Origin: Escherichia coli
Lineage (GTDB): Bacteria > Pseudomonadota > Gammaproteobacteria > Enterobacterales > Enterobacteriaceae
Direction: 5' to 3' (one strand)
Assembly (NCBI RefSeq): GCF_030013205.1
Contig: NZ_CP122648.1
DNA: 64,000 bases
In this document: piece after piece, positions 1 through 14,112 of the stretch
How the letters are laid out: the number at the start of each line of letters is the position of its first letter
Position numbering within the stretch: the stretch's first letter is position 1
Made by a program: the position numbers and the translations under genes
Notes under the pieces: model-generated
Seen by the model: the letters and a program-made list of their open reading frames with translations, nothing else
Told to the model about the DNA's origin: nothing
The model's database searches: none

Positions 1-264
1 CAGGAAGCCAGCTTCGACGGGCAAACGCTGGAGTTAACCGGTACTGAGTTTACCCTGCTCTATTTGCTGGCACAGCATCTGGGTCAGGTGGTTTCCCGTG
101 AACATTTAAGCCAGGAAGTGCTGGGCAAACGCCTGACGCCTTTCGACCGCGCTATCGATATGCACATTTCCAACCTGCGTCGTAAACTGCCGGATCGTAA
201 AGATGGTCACCCGTGGTTTAAAACCTTGCGTGGTCGCGGCTATCTGATGGTTTCTGCTTCATGA
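1..264 (+). CDS. cpxR: Response regulator CpxR, C-terminal part (5' end lies outside the window)
   Basis: In-frame ORF from base 1; C-terminal peptide ...LGKRLTPFDRAIDMHISNLRRKL...RGYLMVSAS matches the OmpR-family winged-helix end of CpxR; stop overlaps the cpxA start (ATGA). Confidence 0.85.
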   Translation, partial: QEASFDGQTLELTGTEFTLLYLLAQHLGQVVSREHLSQEVLGKRLTPFDRAIDMHISNLRRKLPDRKDGHPWFKTLRGRGYLMVSAS

Positions 265-1634
265 TAGGCAGCTTAACCGCGCGCATCTTCGCCATCTTCT
301 GGCTGACGCTGGCGCTGGTGTTGATGTTGGTTTTGATGTTACCCAAGCTCGATTCACGCCAGATGACCGAGCTTCTGGATAGCGAACAGCGTCAGGGTCT
401 GATGATTGAGCAGCATGTCGAAGCGGAGCTGGCGAACGATCCGCCCAACGATTTAATGTGGTGGCGGCGTCTGTTCCGGGCGATTGATAAGTGGGCACCG
501 CCAGGACAGCGTTTGTTATTGGTGACCACCGAAGGCCGCGTGATCGGCGCTGAACGCAGCGAAATGCAGATCATTCGTAACTTTATTGGTCAGGCCGATA
601 ACGCCGATCATCCGCAGAAGAAAAAGTATGGGCGCGTGGAACTGGTCGGTCCGTTCTCCGTGCGTGATGGCGAAGATAATTACCAACTTTATCTGATTCG
701 TCCGGCCAGCAGTTCTCAATCCGATTTCATTAACTTACTGTTTGACCGCCCGCTATTACTGCTGATTGTCACCATGTTGGTCAGTACGCCGCTGCTGTTG
801 TGGTTGGCCTGGAGTCTGGCAAAACCGGCGCGTAAGCTGAAAAACGCTGCCGATGAAGTTGCCCAGGGAAACTTACGCCAGCACCCGGAACTGGAAGCGG
901 GGCCACAGGAATTCCTTGCCGCCGGTGCCAGTTTTAACCAGATGGTCACCGCGCTGGAGCGCATGATGACCTCTCAGCAGCGTCTACTTTCTGATATCTC
1001 TCACGAGCTGCGCACCCCGCTGACGCGTCTGCAACTGGGTACGGCGTTACTGCGCCGTCGTAGCGGTGAAAGCAAGGAACTGGAGCGTATTGAAACCGAA
1101 GCGCAACGTCTGGACAGCATGATCAACGATCTGTTGGTGATGTCACGTAATCAGCAGAAAAATGCGCTGGTTAGCGAGACCATCAAAGCCAACCAGTTGT
1201 GGAGTGAAGTGCTGGATAACGCGGCGTTCGAAGCCGAGCAGATGGGCAAGTCGTTGACGGTTAACTTCCCGCCTGGGCCGTGGCCGCTGTACGGCAACCC
1301 GAACGCCCTGGAGAGTGCGCTGGAAAACATTGTTCGTAATGCCCTGCGTTATTCCCATACGAAGATTGAAGTGGGCTTTGCGGTAGATAAAGACGGTATC
1401 ACCATTACGGTGGACGACGATGGTCCTGGCGTTAGCCCGGAAGATCGCGAACAGATTTTCCGTCCGTTCTATCGGACCGATGAAGCACGCGATCGTGAAT
1501 CTGGCGGTACAGGTTTGGGGCTGGCGATTGTTGAAACCGCCATTCAGCAGCATCGTGGCTGGGTTAAAGCGGAAGACAGCCCGCTGGGCGGTTTACGGCT
1601 GGTGATTTGGTTGCCGCTGTATAAGCGGAGTTAA
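261..1634 (+). CDS. cpxA: Envelope-stress sensor histidine kinase CpxA (457 aa)
   Basis: 457-aa ORF with two TM segments, a HAMP region, the H-box SDISHELRTPLTRL and an ATPase domain (GGTGLGLAIV); start overlaps the cpxR stop. Confidence 0.95.
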   Translation: MIGSLTARIFAIFWLTLALVLMLVLMLPKLDSRQMTELLDSEQRQGLMIEQHVEAELANDPPNDLMWWRRLFRAIDKWAPPGQRLLLVTTEGRVIGAERSEMQIIRNFIGQADNADHPQKKKYGRVELVGPFSVRDGEDNYQLYLIRPASSSQSDFINLLFDRPLLLLIVTMLVSTPLLLWLAWSLAKPARKLKNAADEVAQGNLRQHPELEAGPQEFLAAGASFNQMVTALERMMTSQQRLLSDISHELRTPLTRLQLGTALLRRRSGESKELERIETEAQRLDSMINDLLVMSRNQQKNALVSETIKANQLWSEVLDNAAFEAEQMGKSLTVNFPPGPWPLYGNPNALESALENIVRNALRYSHTKIEVGFAVDKDGITITVDDDGPGVSPEDREQIFRPFYRTDEARDRESGGTGLGLAIVETAIQQHRGWVKAEDSPLGGLRLVIWLPLYKRS

Positions 1635-1639
1635 ACTCC

Positions 1640-1730
1640 GCATTTGTAGGCAGGATAAGGCGTTTACGCCGCATCCGGCATTTGAGCAGGATGCCTGATG
1701 CGACGCTGATAGCGTCTTATCAGGCCTACA
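1640..1730. repeat. REP/BIME palindromic elements downstream of cpxA
   Basis: gtaggcaggataaggcgtttacgccgcatccggca and gcctgatgcgacgctgatagcgtcttatcaggcctac are typical enterobacterial REP units. Confidence 0.6.
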
Positions 1731-1739
1731 CTCCGGGGA

Positions 1740-2414
1740 TTATTTTCCCCACAACCGGCGGGAAAAATCTTCGATCTTGCCGCTCAGTCGGCGCTTTTGC
1801 ATCGTCCGCGTCCAGCTTTTCGATAACCCGGCGGCGGAGAGTAAACGGTGATACTGCTCGTCATCAAACGGCATATGCCATGCGATGGCGGCAGCCTCCT
1901 GCACGGTCACATCACTGACACGGGAAACCAACTCCAGTGGCGCATCAGCAGATACCAACCCTGGCGCAATCACGCTATACAACCACCCCACTTTACCCGT
2001 GTTTTGCATCAACTGCGCTATATCGCTGATATCAAAATGGTAATTGAGTTTATAGCAAGGTGAGCGTGGCTGGCTGACCTGAATTAATGCCTCTCCCCAG
2101 CGGAAAATATCGCCAATATAAACATTACTTTCCGTCAGACCGTCGGTTGAGAGATTTTCGCCAAACGCAGGCGCAACAAACAACTCCGCCTGTTCCGGAA
2201 ATTCCCGCGCCCAGTAAAGATAATGCTCACGAGGATAATGACACAGCGCTCTGTCTGGCCCGCCGTGAACCTTTTTCTCCGCCTGCTCGTCACCTTCCAG
2301 CCCCAGCTCCGTCAGCATCAACTCACCATCAACCTGGATTTTGGCAATTGCGCTGGGTTTGCCTTCGGGATAAGCCTGAATCTTGCCTGTGTATACATCA
2401 ACCGGATATCGCAT
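1740..2414 (-). CDS. yiiM: MOSC-domain protein YiiM (224 aa)
   Basis: ORF translation from MRYPVDVYTGKIQAY... recognised as YiiM; ATG at 2414 preceded by GGAG; the longer track ORF is an N-terminal extension. Confidence 0.85.
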   Translation of the reverse strand: MRYPVDVYTGKIQAYPEGKPSAIAKIQVDGELMLTELGLEGDEQAEKKVHGGPDRALCHYPREHYLYWAREFPEQAELFVAPAFGENLSTDGLTESNVYIGDIFRWGEALIQVSQPRSPCYKLNYHFDISDIAQLMQNTGKVGWLYSVIAPGLVSADAPLELVSRVSDVTVQEAAAIAWHMPFDDEQYHRLLSAAGLSKSWTRTMQKRRLSGKIEDFSRRLWGK

Positions 2415-2562
2415 CTGTTCCCTCTCCACGAGAAATTTCCCCATTAGACCATATTTATTTTATGTCAGGCGTGCTGTTTTCGCGGTAAGTATCCAGGCAG
2501 GAACTCAATAGCAAACCGGACGAACGTTAGTTCATCCGGCTGTGGGGATTAAGGAAGCAGGT

Positions 2563-3546
2563 TTATTTCACCGTACCTAAAATTTCGATTTTCGCTGCTC
2601 TGGCTTTGACTTTACGTGACCAGATAGAGGTAAGAATTGGCACCAGAATCGAAGTCACAATGACCGCCGTCGCGACCAGCGAAGTTGCTGCCGGAGCCAT
2701 CGGTTTAAACGCAGGCACCATTTCTGCAATCAGCACAGGTGTCGCTACCGCGGCCCCTGCGGAACTGGAAGCGGCAATTCCGGCAGTGCCATCGCCACCG
2801 CCAATCAATTTATCAGCGATAATCAACGGAATACCGGTCACGATAATTACTGCCACACCCAACAGGATCCCCAGCAAACCTGTCTGGGCAATTACCGTCA
2901 AATCAATGGTATTACCCAGTGCGAAGGCAAAGAATGGAATCAGCGTCTGCACCGCTTTGCTGAAAAATTCTCGTAATTCAGGGTCAAGGTTCCCAAGGGC
3001 AAAGCCCACCAGGAACGGTAATACTGCGCCGACGAAAACATGCGGTTCAAACGAGGCAATCCCGGCAGTGCCCAGAATAATCATCGTCATGAGCGGCCCG
3101 GACTCCAATGACATCAACACAAATGCCCCAGCTTCTTCTTTTGTGCCGTACTGCTGCATGATGGAAGCGTAAAGTCCGCCGTTGGTCATATCCATCGCCG
3201 CCACCAGCGCCAGCGTTGAAAGTCCGGCAAAGAATCCAACTTCAACACCATGTTCCGGAATAATGCGCGAGGCAATTGCCGCAACCACCCACGCGACGGC
3301 AATTTTTGTTACCACCAGCGTACCGGATTTACGCAATACCGTTCCCGTCGCGCTTAATTTTATTGACGCCCCCATGCAAAAAAACCACACCGCCAGAATG
3401 GGCACCGTACCGGTAATCATCCCGTTGGTGAATGATCCAAAATATTTCCCCGCCTCCGGCGAGAAGGTGTGGCACAGTGCGCCAAGGAATAACGGGACGA
3501 GCATCATCCCCCCCGGGATTTTCTCAATCGAGCGTTTTATCTGCAT
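2563..3546 (-). CDS. kdgT: 2-keto-3-deoxygluconate permease KdgT (327 aa)
   Basis: Polytopic membrane ORF beginning [25 protein letters not shown]; start chosen at the ATG giving the 327-aa length I recall for KdgT. Confidence 0.85.
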   Translation of the reverse strand: MQIKRSIEKIPGGMMLVPLFLGALCHTFSPEAGKYFGSFTNGMITGTVPILAVWFFCMGASIKLSATGTVLRKSGTLVVTKIAVAWVVAAIASRIIPEHGVEVGFFAGLSTLALVAAMDMTNGGLYASIMQQYGTKEEAGAFVLMSLESGPLMTMIILGTAGIASFEPHVFVGAVLPFLVGFALGNLDPELREFFSKAVQTLIPFFAFALGNTIDLTVIAQTGLLGILLGVAVIIVTGIPLIIADKLIGGGDGTAGIAASSSAGAAVATPVLIAEMVPAFKPMAPAATSLVATAVIVTSILVPILTSIWSRKVKARAAKIEILGTVK

Positions 3547-3726
3547 TTCCATCACCTGTCGGCATATTTTTAAGGGCTGATGCGTCATTCCTCAATGGAG
3601 CATCAGTGTTGATGGAAACGAAGATAGACATTCATTTAATCAATAAAAGTGATCAAAACCACATCAATTGAAACACTGTTTTATTTTTATCGGATCATTG
3701 TTTTTATTTTGAAATTGATCACAAAA

Positions 3727-3760
3727 AAACCACCGCCGTTGGCGATGGTTCATTTTTTAA
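3727..3760 (-). terminator. Rho-independent terminator downstream of sodA
   Basis: Hairpin accaccgcc-gtt-ggcgatggt flanked by an A-run and a T-run, just 3' of the sodA stop on the minus strand. Confidence 0.5.
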
Positions 3761-3805
3761 GCTGATATGCGGCGTAAACGCCTCATTGCAGCAGGCGGCA
3801 AATGA

Positions 3806-4426
3806 TTATTTTTTCGCCGCGAAACGTGCCGCTGCTTCGTCCCAGTTCACCACGTTCCAGAACTCTTTGATGTAGTCAGGACGGCGGTTCTGGAATTTCA
3901 GGTAGTAAGCATGTTCCCACACATCCAGGCCCAGAATCGGGAAGCCGGAAGCGCCAGAAATAGCTTCACCCATCAGCGGGGAATCCTGGTTAGCAGTAGA
4001 AACCACCGCCAGTTTATCGCCTTTCAGCACCAGCCATGCCCAGCCGGAACCAAAGCGGGAAGCTGCCGCTTTCTCAAATTCTGCTTTGAAGTTATCAACG
4101 GAGCCGAAGTCACGTTCGATAGCCGCTTTCAGGTCACCCTGCAGGGTGGTGCCTTTTTTCAGACCTTTCCAGAACAGGCTGTGGTTAGCGTGACCGCCAG
4201 CGTTGTTGCGCAGTACGGTTTTCTTGTCTGCTGGCAGCTGGTCCAGTTTGGTGATCAGCTCTTCAACCGGCAGGTTGGCAAATTCTGGCAGGCTTTCCAG
4301 CGCCGCGTTGGCGTTGTTGACGTAGGTCTGATGGTGTTTGGTGTGGTGGATTTCCATGGTCTGCTTATCGAAGTGCGGTTCCAGGGCATCGTAAGCATAC
4401 GGCAGGGATGGCAGGGTATAACTCAT
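3806..4426 (-). CDS. sodA: Manganese superoxide dismutase SodA (206 aa)
   Basis: [38 protein letters not shown]... is the classic Fe/Mn-SOD sequence; ATG at 4426 with GGAGA Shine-Dalgarno. Confidence 0.95.
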   Translation of the reverse strand: MSYTLPSLPYAYDALEPHFDKQTMEIHHTKHHQTYVNNANAALESLPEFANLPVEELITKLDQLPADKKTVLRNNAGGHANHSLFWKGLKKGTTLQGDLKAAIERDFGSVDNFKAEFEKAAASRFGSGWAWLVLKGDKLAVVSTANQDSPLMGEAISGASGFPILGLDVWEHAYYLKFQNRRPDYIKEFWNVVNWDEAAARFAAKK

Positions 4427-4710
4427 ATTCATCTCCAGTGTTGTCGGGCGGCCGATTGTTAATGCCGCGTAAGCAGTTGGTTCATTATAGTTAATTAAAT
4501 GATATTGAAAATGATTATCAATGCCGTACTTTTCGTAAGGGTATGGTTTTGCAGGAAAATGCCCGAGATGTGAAGCAAATCACCCACTTAATGCCGTGAT
4601 TGCCAGTAAATCGACAACGGCGGCAACAGGCGAAAGGTTAATCGACAGCACGATTTTTACACTCATCTCGTCGGAGATGTGACGCGACGAAAAATGATGA
4701 GGATAAGAAG

Positions 4711-5745
4711 ATGAGTAACGCGATTACGATGGGGATATTTTGGCATTTGATCGGCGCGGCCAGTGCAGCCTGTTTTTACGCTCCGTTCAAAAAAGTAAAA
4801 AAATGGTCATGGGAAACCATGTGGTCAGTTGGTGGGATTGTTTCGTGGATTATTCTGCCGTGGGCCATCAGCGCCCTGTTACTACCGAATTTCTGGGCGT
4901 ATTACAGCTCGTTTAGTCTCTCTACGCTGCTGCCTGTTTTTCTGTTCGGCGCAATGTGGGGGATTGGTAATATCAACTACGGCCTGACCATGCGTTATCT
5001 CGGCATGTCGATGGGGATTGGTATCGCCATTGGTATCACGTTGATTGTTGGTACGCTGATGACGCCAATTATCAACGGCAATTTCGATGTGTTGATCAAT
5101 ACCGAAGGTGGACGCATGACATTGCTCGGCGTTCTGGTGGCGCTGATTGGTGTAGGGATTGTGACTCGCGCCGGGCAGTTGAAAGAGCGCAAGATGGGCA
5201 TTAAAGCCGAAGAGTTCAACCTGAAAAAAGGGCTGGTGCTGGCGGTGATGTGCGGCATTTTCTCTGCCGGAATGTCCTTTGCGATGAACGCCGCAAAACC
5301 GATGCATGAAGCCGCTGCCGCACTGGGCGTCGATCCACTGTATGTCGCTCTGCCAAGCTATGTTGTCATCATGGGCGGCGGCGCGATCATTAACCTCGGT
5401 TTCTGCTTCATTCGTCTGGCAAAAGTGAAGGATTTGTCGCTAAAAGCCGACTTCTCGCTGGCAAAACCGCTGATCATTCACAATGTGTTACTCTCAGCAC
5501 TGGGCGGGTTGATGTGGTATCTGCAATTCTTTTTCTATGCCTGGGGCCACGCGCGTATTCCGGCGCAGTATGACTACATCAGCTGGATGCTGCATATGAG
5601 CTTCTATGTATTGTGCGGCGGTATCGTCGGGCTGGTGCTGAAAGAGTGGAACAATGCAGGTCGCCGTCCGGTAACGGTGTTGAGCCTCGGTTGTGTGGTG
5701 ATTATTGTTGCCGCCAACATCGTCGGCATGGGCATGGCGAATTAA
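4711..5745 (+). CDS. rhaT: L-rhamnose:H+ symporter RhaT (344 aa)
   Basis: 344-aa polytopic membrane ORF; position convergent with rhaR and divergent from sodA as expected for this locus. Confidence 0.9.
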   Translation: MSNAITMGIFWHLIGAASAACFYAPFKKVKKWSWETMWSVGGIVSWIILPWAISALLLPNFWAYYSSFSLSTLLPVFLFGAMWGIGNINYGLTMRYLGMSMGIGIAIGITLIVGTLMTPIINGNFDVLINTEGGRMTLLGVLVALIGVGIVTRAGQLKERKMGIKAEEFNLKKGLVLAVMCGIFSAGMSFAMNAAKPMHEAAAALGVDPLYVALPSYVVIMGGGAIINLGFCFIRLAKVKDLSLKADFSLAKPLIIHNVLLSALGGLMWYLQFFFYAWGHARIPAQYDYISWMLHMSFYVLCGGIVGLVLKEWNNAGRRPVTVLSLGCVVIIVAANIVGMGMAN

Positions 5746-6590
5746 TCTTTCTGCGAATTGAGATGACGCCACTGGCTGGGCGTCATCCCGGTTTCCCGGG
5801 TAAACACCACCGAAAAATAGTTACTATCTTCAAAGCCACATTCGGTTGAAATATCACTGATTAACAGGCGGCTATGCTGGAGAAGATATTGCGCATGACA
5901 CACTCTGACCTGCCGCAGATATTGATTGATGGTCATTCCAGTCTGCTGGCGAAATTGCTGACGCAAAACGCGCTCACTGCACGATGCCTCATCACAAAAT
6001 TTATCCAGCGCAAAGGGACTTTTCAGGCTGGTCGCCAGCCGGGTAATCAGCTTATCCAGCAACGTTTCGCTGGATGTTGGCGGCAACGAATCGCTGGTGT
6101 AACGATGGCGATTCAGCAACACCACCAACTGCCCGAACAGCAACTCTGCCATTTCGTTAGCAAACGGCACATGCTGACTACTTTCATGCTCAAGTTGACC
6201 GATAACCTGCCGCGCCTGCGCCATCCCCATGCTACCTAAGCGCCAGTGTGGTTGCCCTGCGCTGGCGCTAAATCCCGGAATCGCCCCCTGCCAGTCAAGA
6301 TTCAGCTTCAGCCGCTCCGGGCAATAAATAATATTCTGCAAAACCAGATCGTTAACGGAAGCGTAGGAGTGTTTATCGTCAGCATGAATGTAAAAGAGAT
6401 CGCCACGGGTAATGCGATAAGGGCGATCGTTGAGTACATGCAGACCATTACCGCGCCAGACAATTACCAGCTCACAAAAATCATGTGTATGTTCGGCAAA
6501 GACATCTTGCGGATAACGATCAGCCACAGCGACTGCCTGCTGGTCGCTGGCAAAAAAATCATCTTTGAGAAGTTTTAACTGATGCGCCAC
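5742..6590 (-). CDS. rhaR: AraC-family activator RhaR (282 aa, GTG start)
   Basis: C-terminal AraC HTH (..[21 protein letters not shown]..); the GTG at 6590 gives the 282-aa form beginning (M)[12 protein letters not shown]; the track ORF extends further 5'. Confidence 0.8.
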   Translation of the reverse strand: MAHQLKLLKDDFFASDQQAVAVADRYPQDVFAEHTHDFCELVIVWRGNGLHVLNDRPYRITRGDLFYIHADDKHSYASVNDLVLQNIIYCPERLKLNLDWQGAIPGFSASAGQPHWRLGSMGMAQARQVIGQLEHESSQHVPFANEMAELLFGQLVVLLNRHRYTSDSLPPTSSETLLDKLITRLATSLKSPFALDKFCDEASCSERVLRQQFRQQTGMTINQYLRQVRVCHAQYLLQHSRLLISDISTECGFEDSNYFSVVFTRETGMTPSQWRHLNSQKD

Positions 6591-6663
6591 CGTGGCTACC
6601 TCGGCCAGAGAACGAAGTTGATTATTCGCAATATGGCGTACAAATACGTTGAGTAGATTCGCG

Positions 6664-7500
6664 TTATTGCAGAAAGCCATCCCGTCCCTGGCGAATATCA
6701 CGCGGTGACCAGTTAAACTCTCGGCGAAAAAGCGTCGAAAAGTGGTTACTGTCGCTGAATCCGCAGCGATAGGCGATGTCAGTAACGCTGGCCTCGCTGT
6801 GGCGTAGCAGATGTCGGGCTTTCATCAGTCGCAGGCGGTTCAGGTAACGCTGAGGCGTCAGTCCCGTTTTCTGCTTAAGCTGCCGATGTAGCGTACGCAG
6901 CGAAAGAGAAAATTGATCCGCCACGGCATCCCAATTCACCTCATCGGCAAAATGGTCCTCCAGCCAGGCCAGAAGCAAGTTGAGACGTGACGCGCTGTTT
7001 TCCAGGTTCTCCTGCAAACTGCTTTTACGCAGCAAGAGCAGTAATTGCATAAACAAGATCTCGCGACTGGCGGTCGAGGGTAAATCATTTTCCTCTTCCT
7101 GCTGTTCCATCTGTGCAACCAGCTGTCGCACCTGCTGCAACACGCTGTGGTTAACGCGCCAGTGAGACGGATACTGCCCATCCTGCTCTTGTGGCAGCAA
7201 CTGATTCAGCCCGGCGAGAAACTGAAATCGATCCGGCGAGCGATACAGCACATTGGTCAGACACAGATTATCGGTATGTTCATACAGATGCCGATCATGA
7301 TCGCGTACGAAACAGACCGTGCCACCGGTGATGGTATAGGGCTGCCCATTAAACACATGAATACCCGTGCCATGTTCGACAATCACAATTTCATGAAAAT
7401 CATGATGATGTTCAGGAAAATCCGCCTGCGGGAGCCGGGGTTCTATCGCCACGGACGCGTTACCAGACGGAAAAAAATCCACACTATGTAATACGGTCAT
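6664..7500 (-). CDS. rhaS: AraC-family activator RhaS (278 aa)
   Basis: 278-aa [44 protein letters not shown]... with a C-terminal AraC HTH; lies immediately upstream of rhaR. Confidence 0.9.
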
Positions 7501-7599
7501 ACTGGCCTCCTGATGTCGTCAACACGGCGAAATAGTAATCACGAGGTCAGGTTCTTACCTTAAATTTTCGACGGAAAACCACGTAAAAAACGTCGATTT

Positions 7600-10513
<2,914 letters not shown>

Positions 10514-10518
10514 ACACT

Positions 10519-10570
10519 GCCGGATGCGGCGCGAGCGCCTTATTCGGCCTACGGGTCGTGCATCCGACAA
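10519..10570. repeat. REP element in the rhaA-rhaD intergenic region
   Basis: gccggatgcggcgcgagcgccttattcggcctac. Confidence 0.6.
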
Positions 10571-10595
10571 CACCGAATTTACAGGAACACAGAAC

Positions 10596-11420
10596 ATGCA
10601 AAACATTACCCAGTCCTGGTTTGTCCAGGGAATGATCAAAGCCACCACCGACGCCTGGCTGAAAGGCTGGGACGAGCGCAATGGTGGTAACCTGACACTG
10701 CGCCTGGATGACGCCGATATCGCACCGTATCACGACAACTTCCACCAACAACCGCGCTATATCCCGCTCAGCCAGCCCATGCCTTTACTGGCAAATACAC
10801 CGTTTATTGTCACCGGCTCCGGCAAATTCTTCCGCAACGTCCAGCTTGATCCTGCGGCTAACTTAGGCGTCGTAAAAGTCGACAGCGACGGCGCGGGCTA
10901 CCACATTCTCTGGGGGCTAACTCACGAAGCCGTTCCAACCTCTGAACTCCCGGCGCACTTCCTCTCCCACTGCGAACGCATTAAAGCCACCAACGGTAAA
11001 GATCGGGTGATCATGCACTGCCATGCCACCAACCTGATCGCCCTTACCTACGTACTGGAAAACGACACCGCGGTCTTCACTCGCCAACTGTGGGAAGGCA
11101 GCACCGAATGTCTGGTAGTGTTCCCGGATGGCGTCGGCATTTTGCCGTGGATGGTGCCCGGCACCGACGAAATCGGCCAGGCGACCGCACAGGAAATGCA
11201 AAAACATTCGCTGGTGTTGTGGCCCTTCCACGGCGTCTTCGGCAGCGGTCCGACACTGGATGAAACATTCGGTTTAATCGACACCGCAGAAAAATCAGCA
11301 CAAGTATTAGTGAAGGTTTATTCGATGGGCGGCATGAAACAGACCATCAGTCGTGAAGAGCTGATAGCGCTCGGCCAGCGTTTCGGCGTTACACCACTCG
11401 CCAGTGCGCTGGCGCTGTAA
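10596..11420 (+). CDS. rhaD: Rhamnulose-1-phosphate aldolase RhaD (274 aa)
   Basis: [37 protein letters not shown]..., a class II aldolase; ATG at 10596 with Shine-Dalgarno. Confidence 0.9.
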   Translation: MQNITQSWFVQGMIKATTDAWLKGWDERNGGNLTLRLDDADIAPYHDNFHQQPRYIPLSQPMPLLANTPFIVTGSGKFFRNVQLDPAANLGVVKVDSDGAGYHILWGLTHEAVPTSELPAHFLSHCERIKATNGKDRVIMHCHATNLIALTYVLENDTAVFTRQLWEGSTECLVVFPDGVGILPWMVPGTDEIGQATAQEMQKHSLVLWPFHGVFGSGPTLDETFGLIDTAEKSAQVLVKVYSMGGMKQTISREELIALGQRFGVTPLASALAL

Positions 11421-11429
11421 GGAGCAAAC

Positions 11430-11744
11430 ATGATCCGCAAAGCCTTTGTCATGCAGGTTAACCCCGACGCCCACGAAGAGTATCAGCGTCGGCATAATCC
11501 AATCTGGCCGGAACTGGAAGCAGTGTTGAAATCTCACGGTGCGCATAACTACGCCATTTACCTCGACAAAGCGCGTAATCTGCTGTTTGCCACGGTAGAG
11601 ATTGAATCTGAAGAACGGTGGAATGCGGTTGCCAGCACTGAAATCTGCCAACGTTGGTGGAAATATATGACCGACGTTATGCCAGCTAACCCGGATAACA
11701 GCCCAGTCAGTAGCGAGCTGCAAGAAGTGTTTTACCTGCCTTAA
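11430..11744 (+). CDS. rhaM: L-rhamnose mutarotase RhaM (104 aa)
   Basis: 104-aa [48 protein letters not shown]... immediately after rhaD. Confidence 0.9.
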
Positions 11745-11784
11745 TGAGTTGCGGTGCCGGAAAATATCCAGCACCGCGCCTTCA

Positions 11785-13179
11785 TCAGAAGAAGTATTTA
11801 AAGCGAACGCGTGCGCCGTAACGGTCATCAGTATCATCACCGTGTTTTTTATCACCGTCGCTATCCAGAATGGAGTAATACGTCCCGAGGTAAATATTAA
11901 AGTTCTCCATATCCATCACATTAGCGAACTGATAAGACGCATGAATGGTGTGAATGGTGTACGTCCCTTCATCATCAATCCAGCAGTCGTTATCACAAAC
12001 TACACCGCTGAATTCATCAATCTTATTGTGCGCGTAGATATAACCGAGCTCGAAACGTTTCCACAGCGCGTTAATCCCGGCAGTGAAATCTTTCTCATTA
12101 TTAGCATCTAAATAGGCGGTATTAAGATTAACCACGACGCCATTTTCCGGATCCGTTTTCAGGCCATTCCAGGTCATGCTCATACCATAGCCGGTACGAT
12201 CGGACTGATCGACAAAATTACCCTTGCTATCGGTATAACCATAAGCATTATTTACCACGTTCGCTTCCATCGCTGCGGAAACGGTGAATTCTTCCGTCGG
12301 CGACCAGGCAATTACTGGACGCAGATAAGCAACATTTTTCTGCTGCTCCATATCGCGTCCATGATAATTACTGTCATTATATAAAGATGTTCCGTCTTCA
12401 AGTAACGTGTTTAATTCAAAATACCAGTTATCGAGTTGTTTGCTGACGAGGAAATTACCGCCAGCGTTAGAGCGCCCGCGGCCCTCTTTCATCATATAGA
12501 TATAACCGCTGCCATCGTCATAAAGATCGTTCGCAGTATTACCGGAATGTTCAACAAAGGTATCCTGATTCAGCGGGAACATATCATAGGCTTCGAAACG
12601 ACCGACTTTGACCTTCCAGTCATTCTCTTTCCCAAAGAAGAATACCGCGTCATCAATATTCACTGAACCGTGCATATCCCCCAGCGGTTGTGCGGAGAAC
12701 CCGGCGAAATAACCATTATCCAGTTTTCGCATACCGTCAAAACCTAACAGAATACGACCATTGAGATTCCACTGTTCATTAGTGGGATCGCTATTCACAT
12801 CAGCGTTGGTCATTGCCAGCAGGCCATGATTACTTTCTGCATCCATATTAAATTCTACGTCGCCGTAGATTTTTAAATCGCCATAACCTGAGAGCAAAAG
12901 ATTAGGTGAGGTGGAATTTTTCTTTGCAGATTCCGCCGTTGCCTGTCCATTTACCGGCGTATTGCCCTGGGCAGCCTTAATTTCGCGGATCTCAGCGGCT
13001 TGTTGTGTCTGCAGCTGTTTAACCTGGCTCTCTGCTTTTGCTGCCCGCATTTCTGCCGCTTCCAGGCGTTCTTCCAGCAATGCCATGCGTTGTTCCAGCG
13101 TTAAATGCTGTGTTTTTGCCATTCCGGTACTACATGCCAATAATAAACCGATGGCTAAAGATAATGTCGATTTTTTCAT
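11785..13179 (-). CDS. Putative carbohydrate-selective outer-membrane porin (LamB/ScrY-like) with N-terminal coiled-coil extension (464 aa)
   Basis: Signal peptide MKKSTLSLAIGLLLACSTGMA; heptad-like coiled coil LEQRMALLEERLEAAEMRAAKAESQVKQLQTQQAAEIREIKAAQ; aromatic-rich beta-strand body ending in terminal Phe (..RFKYFF); AT-rich coding sequence. Confidence 0.65.
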   Translation of the reverse strand: MKKSTLSLAIGLLLACSTGMAKTQHLTLEQRMALLEERLEAAEMRAAKAESQVKQLQTQQAAEIREIKAAQGNTPVNGQATAESAKKNSTSPNLLLSGYGDLKIYGDVEFNMDAESNHGLLAMTNADVNSDPTNEQWNLNGRILLGFDGMRKLDNGYFAGFSAQPLGDMHGSVNIDDAVFFFGKENDWKVKVGRFEAYDMFPLNQDTFVEHSGNTANDLYDDGSGYIYMMKEGRGRSNAGGNFLVSKQLDNWYFELNTLLEDGTSLYNDSNYHGRDMEQQKNVAYLRPVIAWSPTEEFTVSAAMEANVVNNAYGYTDSKGNFVDQSDRTGYGMSMTWNGLKTDPENGVVVNLNTAYLDANNEKDFTAGINALWKRFELGYIYAHNKIDEFSGVVCDNDCWIDDEGTYTIHTIHASYQFANVMDMENFNIYLGTYYSILDSDGDKKHGDDTDDRYGARVRFKYFF

Positions 13180-13655
13180 TATTTACGTTCCCTGAAATAA
13201 AAGAGACCCTACGCTTTCCAAAAGGAATACGTATATAGAGAAATATAAGGTGTGCACTTTCGAATTTTTAATCCAACTTCAGCAGGCCGATGGATAGTAT
13301 CCCGCTGCATAATATGAGTAAATCCGCTGATTTCCTGGAACGTGAGGAATATAACAATAGTGCCGTTTTTAACCAAATATCGTAAAAAATATTAGATATA
13401 ATTCACGCTGACTCATAAGCCACAAATATAAATAACCTTGCTGCAAAACATGTGCGGCAGTTAAACATTCACAACATCATTAAATAATGATTTTTTATTC
13501 ACTGCATTTATTTTGCCCATCAATATGTGCCTTACACCGCAAAATTTATCCTTCACTCTGCCTTATATTGTCACGACTTCACGACATATCCGCGCTCATC
13601 ACAAAACCGCCCCGCCGTTACAATTAACAATAATATTTTTTCATGGAGTCCAATA

Positions 13656-14102
13656 ATGGCAGCACTTACTGCAAGCTGTATTGACCTGAATATTCAGGGC
13701 AATGGCACTTATTCCATTCTGAAGCAGTTGGCGACAATGGCGTTACAAAACGGTTTTATCACCGACTCACACCAGTTCCTGCAAACTCTGCTGCTGCGCG
13801 AAAAAATGCACTCCACCGGTTTTGGTTCCGGCATCGCCGTGCCGCACGGTAAAAGCGCCTGCGTTAAACAACCGTTCGTGTTATTCGCCCGCAAAGCGCA
13901 GGCCATTGACTGGAAAGCCAGCGACGGCGAAGACGTCAATTGCTGGATCTGCCTCGGCGTGCCGCAAAGTGGCGAAGAGGATCAGGTCAAAATCATCGGC
14001 ACACTGTGTCGCAAAATTATCCACCAGGATTTTATCAACCAACTGCGACAGGGCGACGCCGACCAGGTGCTTGCTTTGTTAAATCAAACCCTCAGCTCAT
14101 AA
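13656..14102 (+). CDS. frvA: PTS fructose-like EIIA component FrvA (148 aa)
   Basis: MAALTASCIDLNIQGNGTYSILKQ... PTS EIIA(Fru/Mtl-type) with GIAVPHGK around the phospho-His; ATG at 13656 preceded by GGAG. Confidence 0.85.
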   Translation: MAALTASCIDLNIQGNGTYSILKQLATMALQNGFITDSHQFLQTLLLREKMHSTGFGSGIAVPHGKSACVKQPFVLFARKAQAIDWKASDGEDVNCWICLGVPQSGEEDQVKIIGTLCRKIIHQDFINQLRQGDADQVLALLNQTLSS

Positions 14103-14112
14103 GGAAGTGGCG

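Noticed and set aside
3911-4462. 183-aa plus-strand ORF
   Set aside because: Antisense to sodA.
5742-6701. 319-aa extended rhaR reading frame overlapping the rhaS 3' end
   Set aside because: The extension is an upstream in-frame region; the GTG at 6590 gives the accepted 282-aa RhaR and leaves a normal rhaS-rhaR spacer.
11749-12111. 120-aa plus-strand ORF
   Set aside because: Antisense to the porin gene's 3' region; no Shine-Dalgarno.
13527-13655. N-terminal extension of frvA (191-aa track ORF)
   Set aside because: The internal ATG at 13656 has a GGAG Shine-Dalgarno and gives the 148-aa EIIA domain; the extension is low-complexity intergenic translation.
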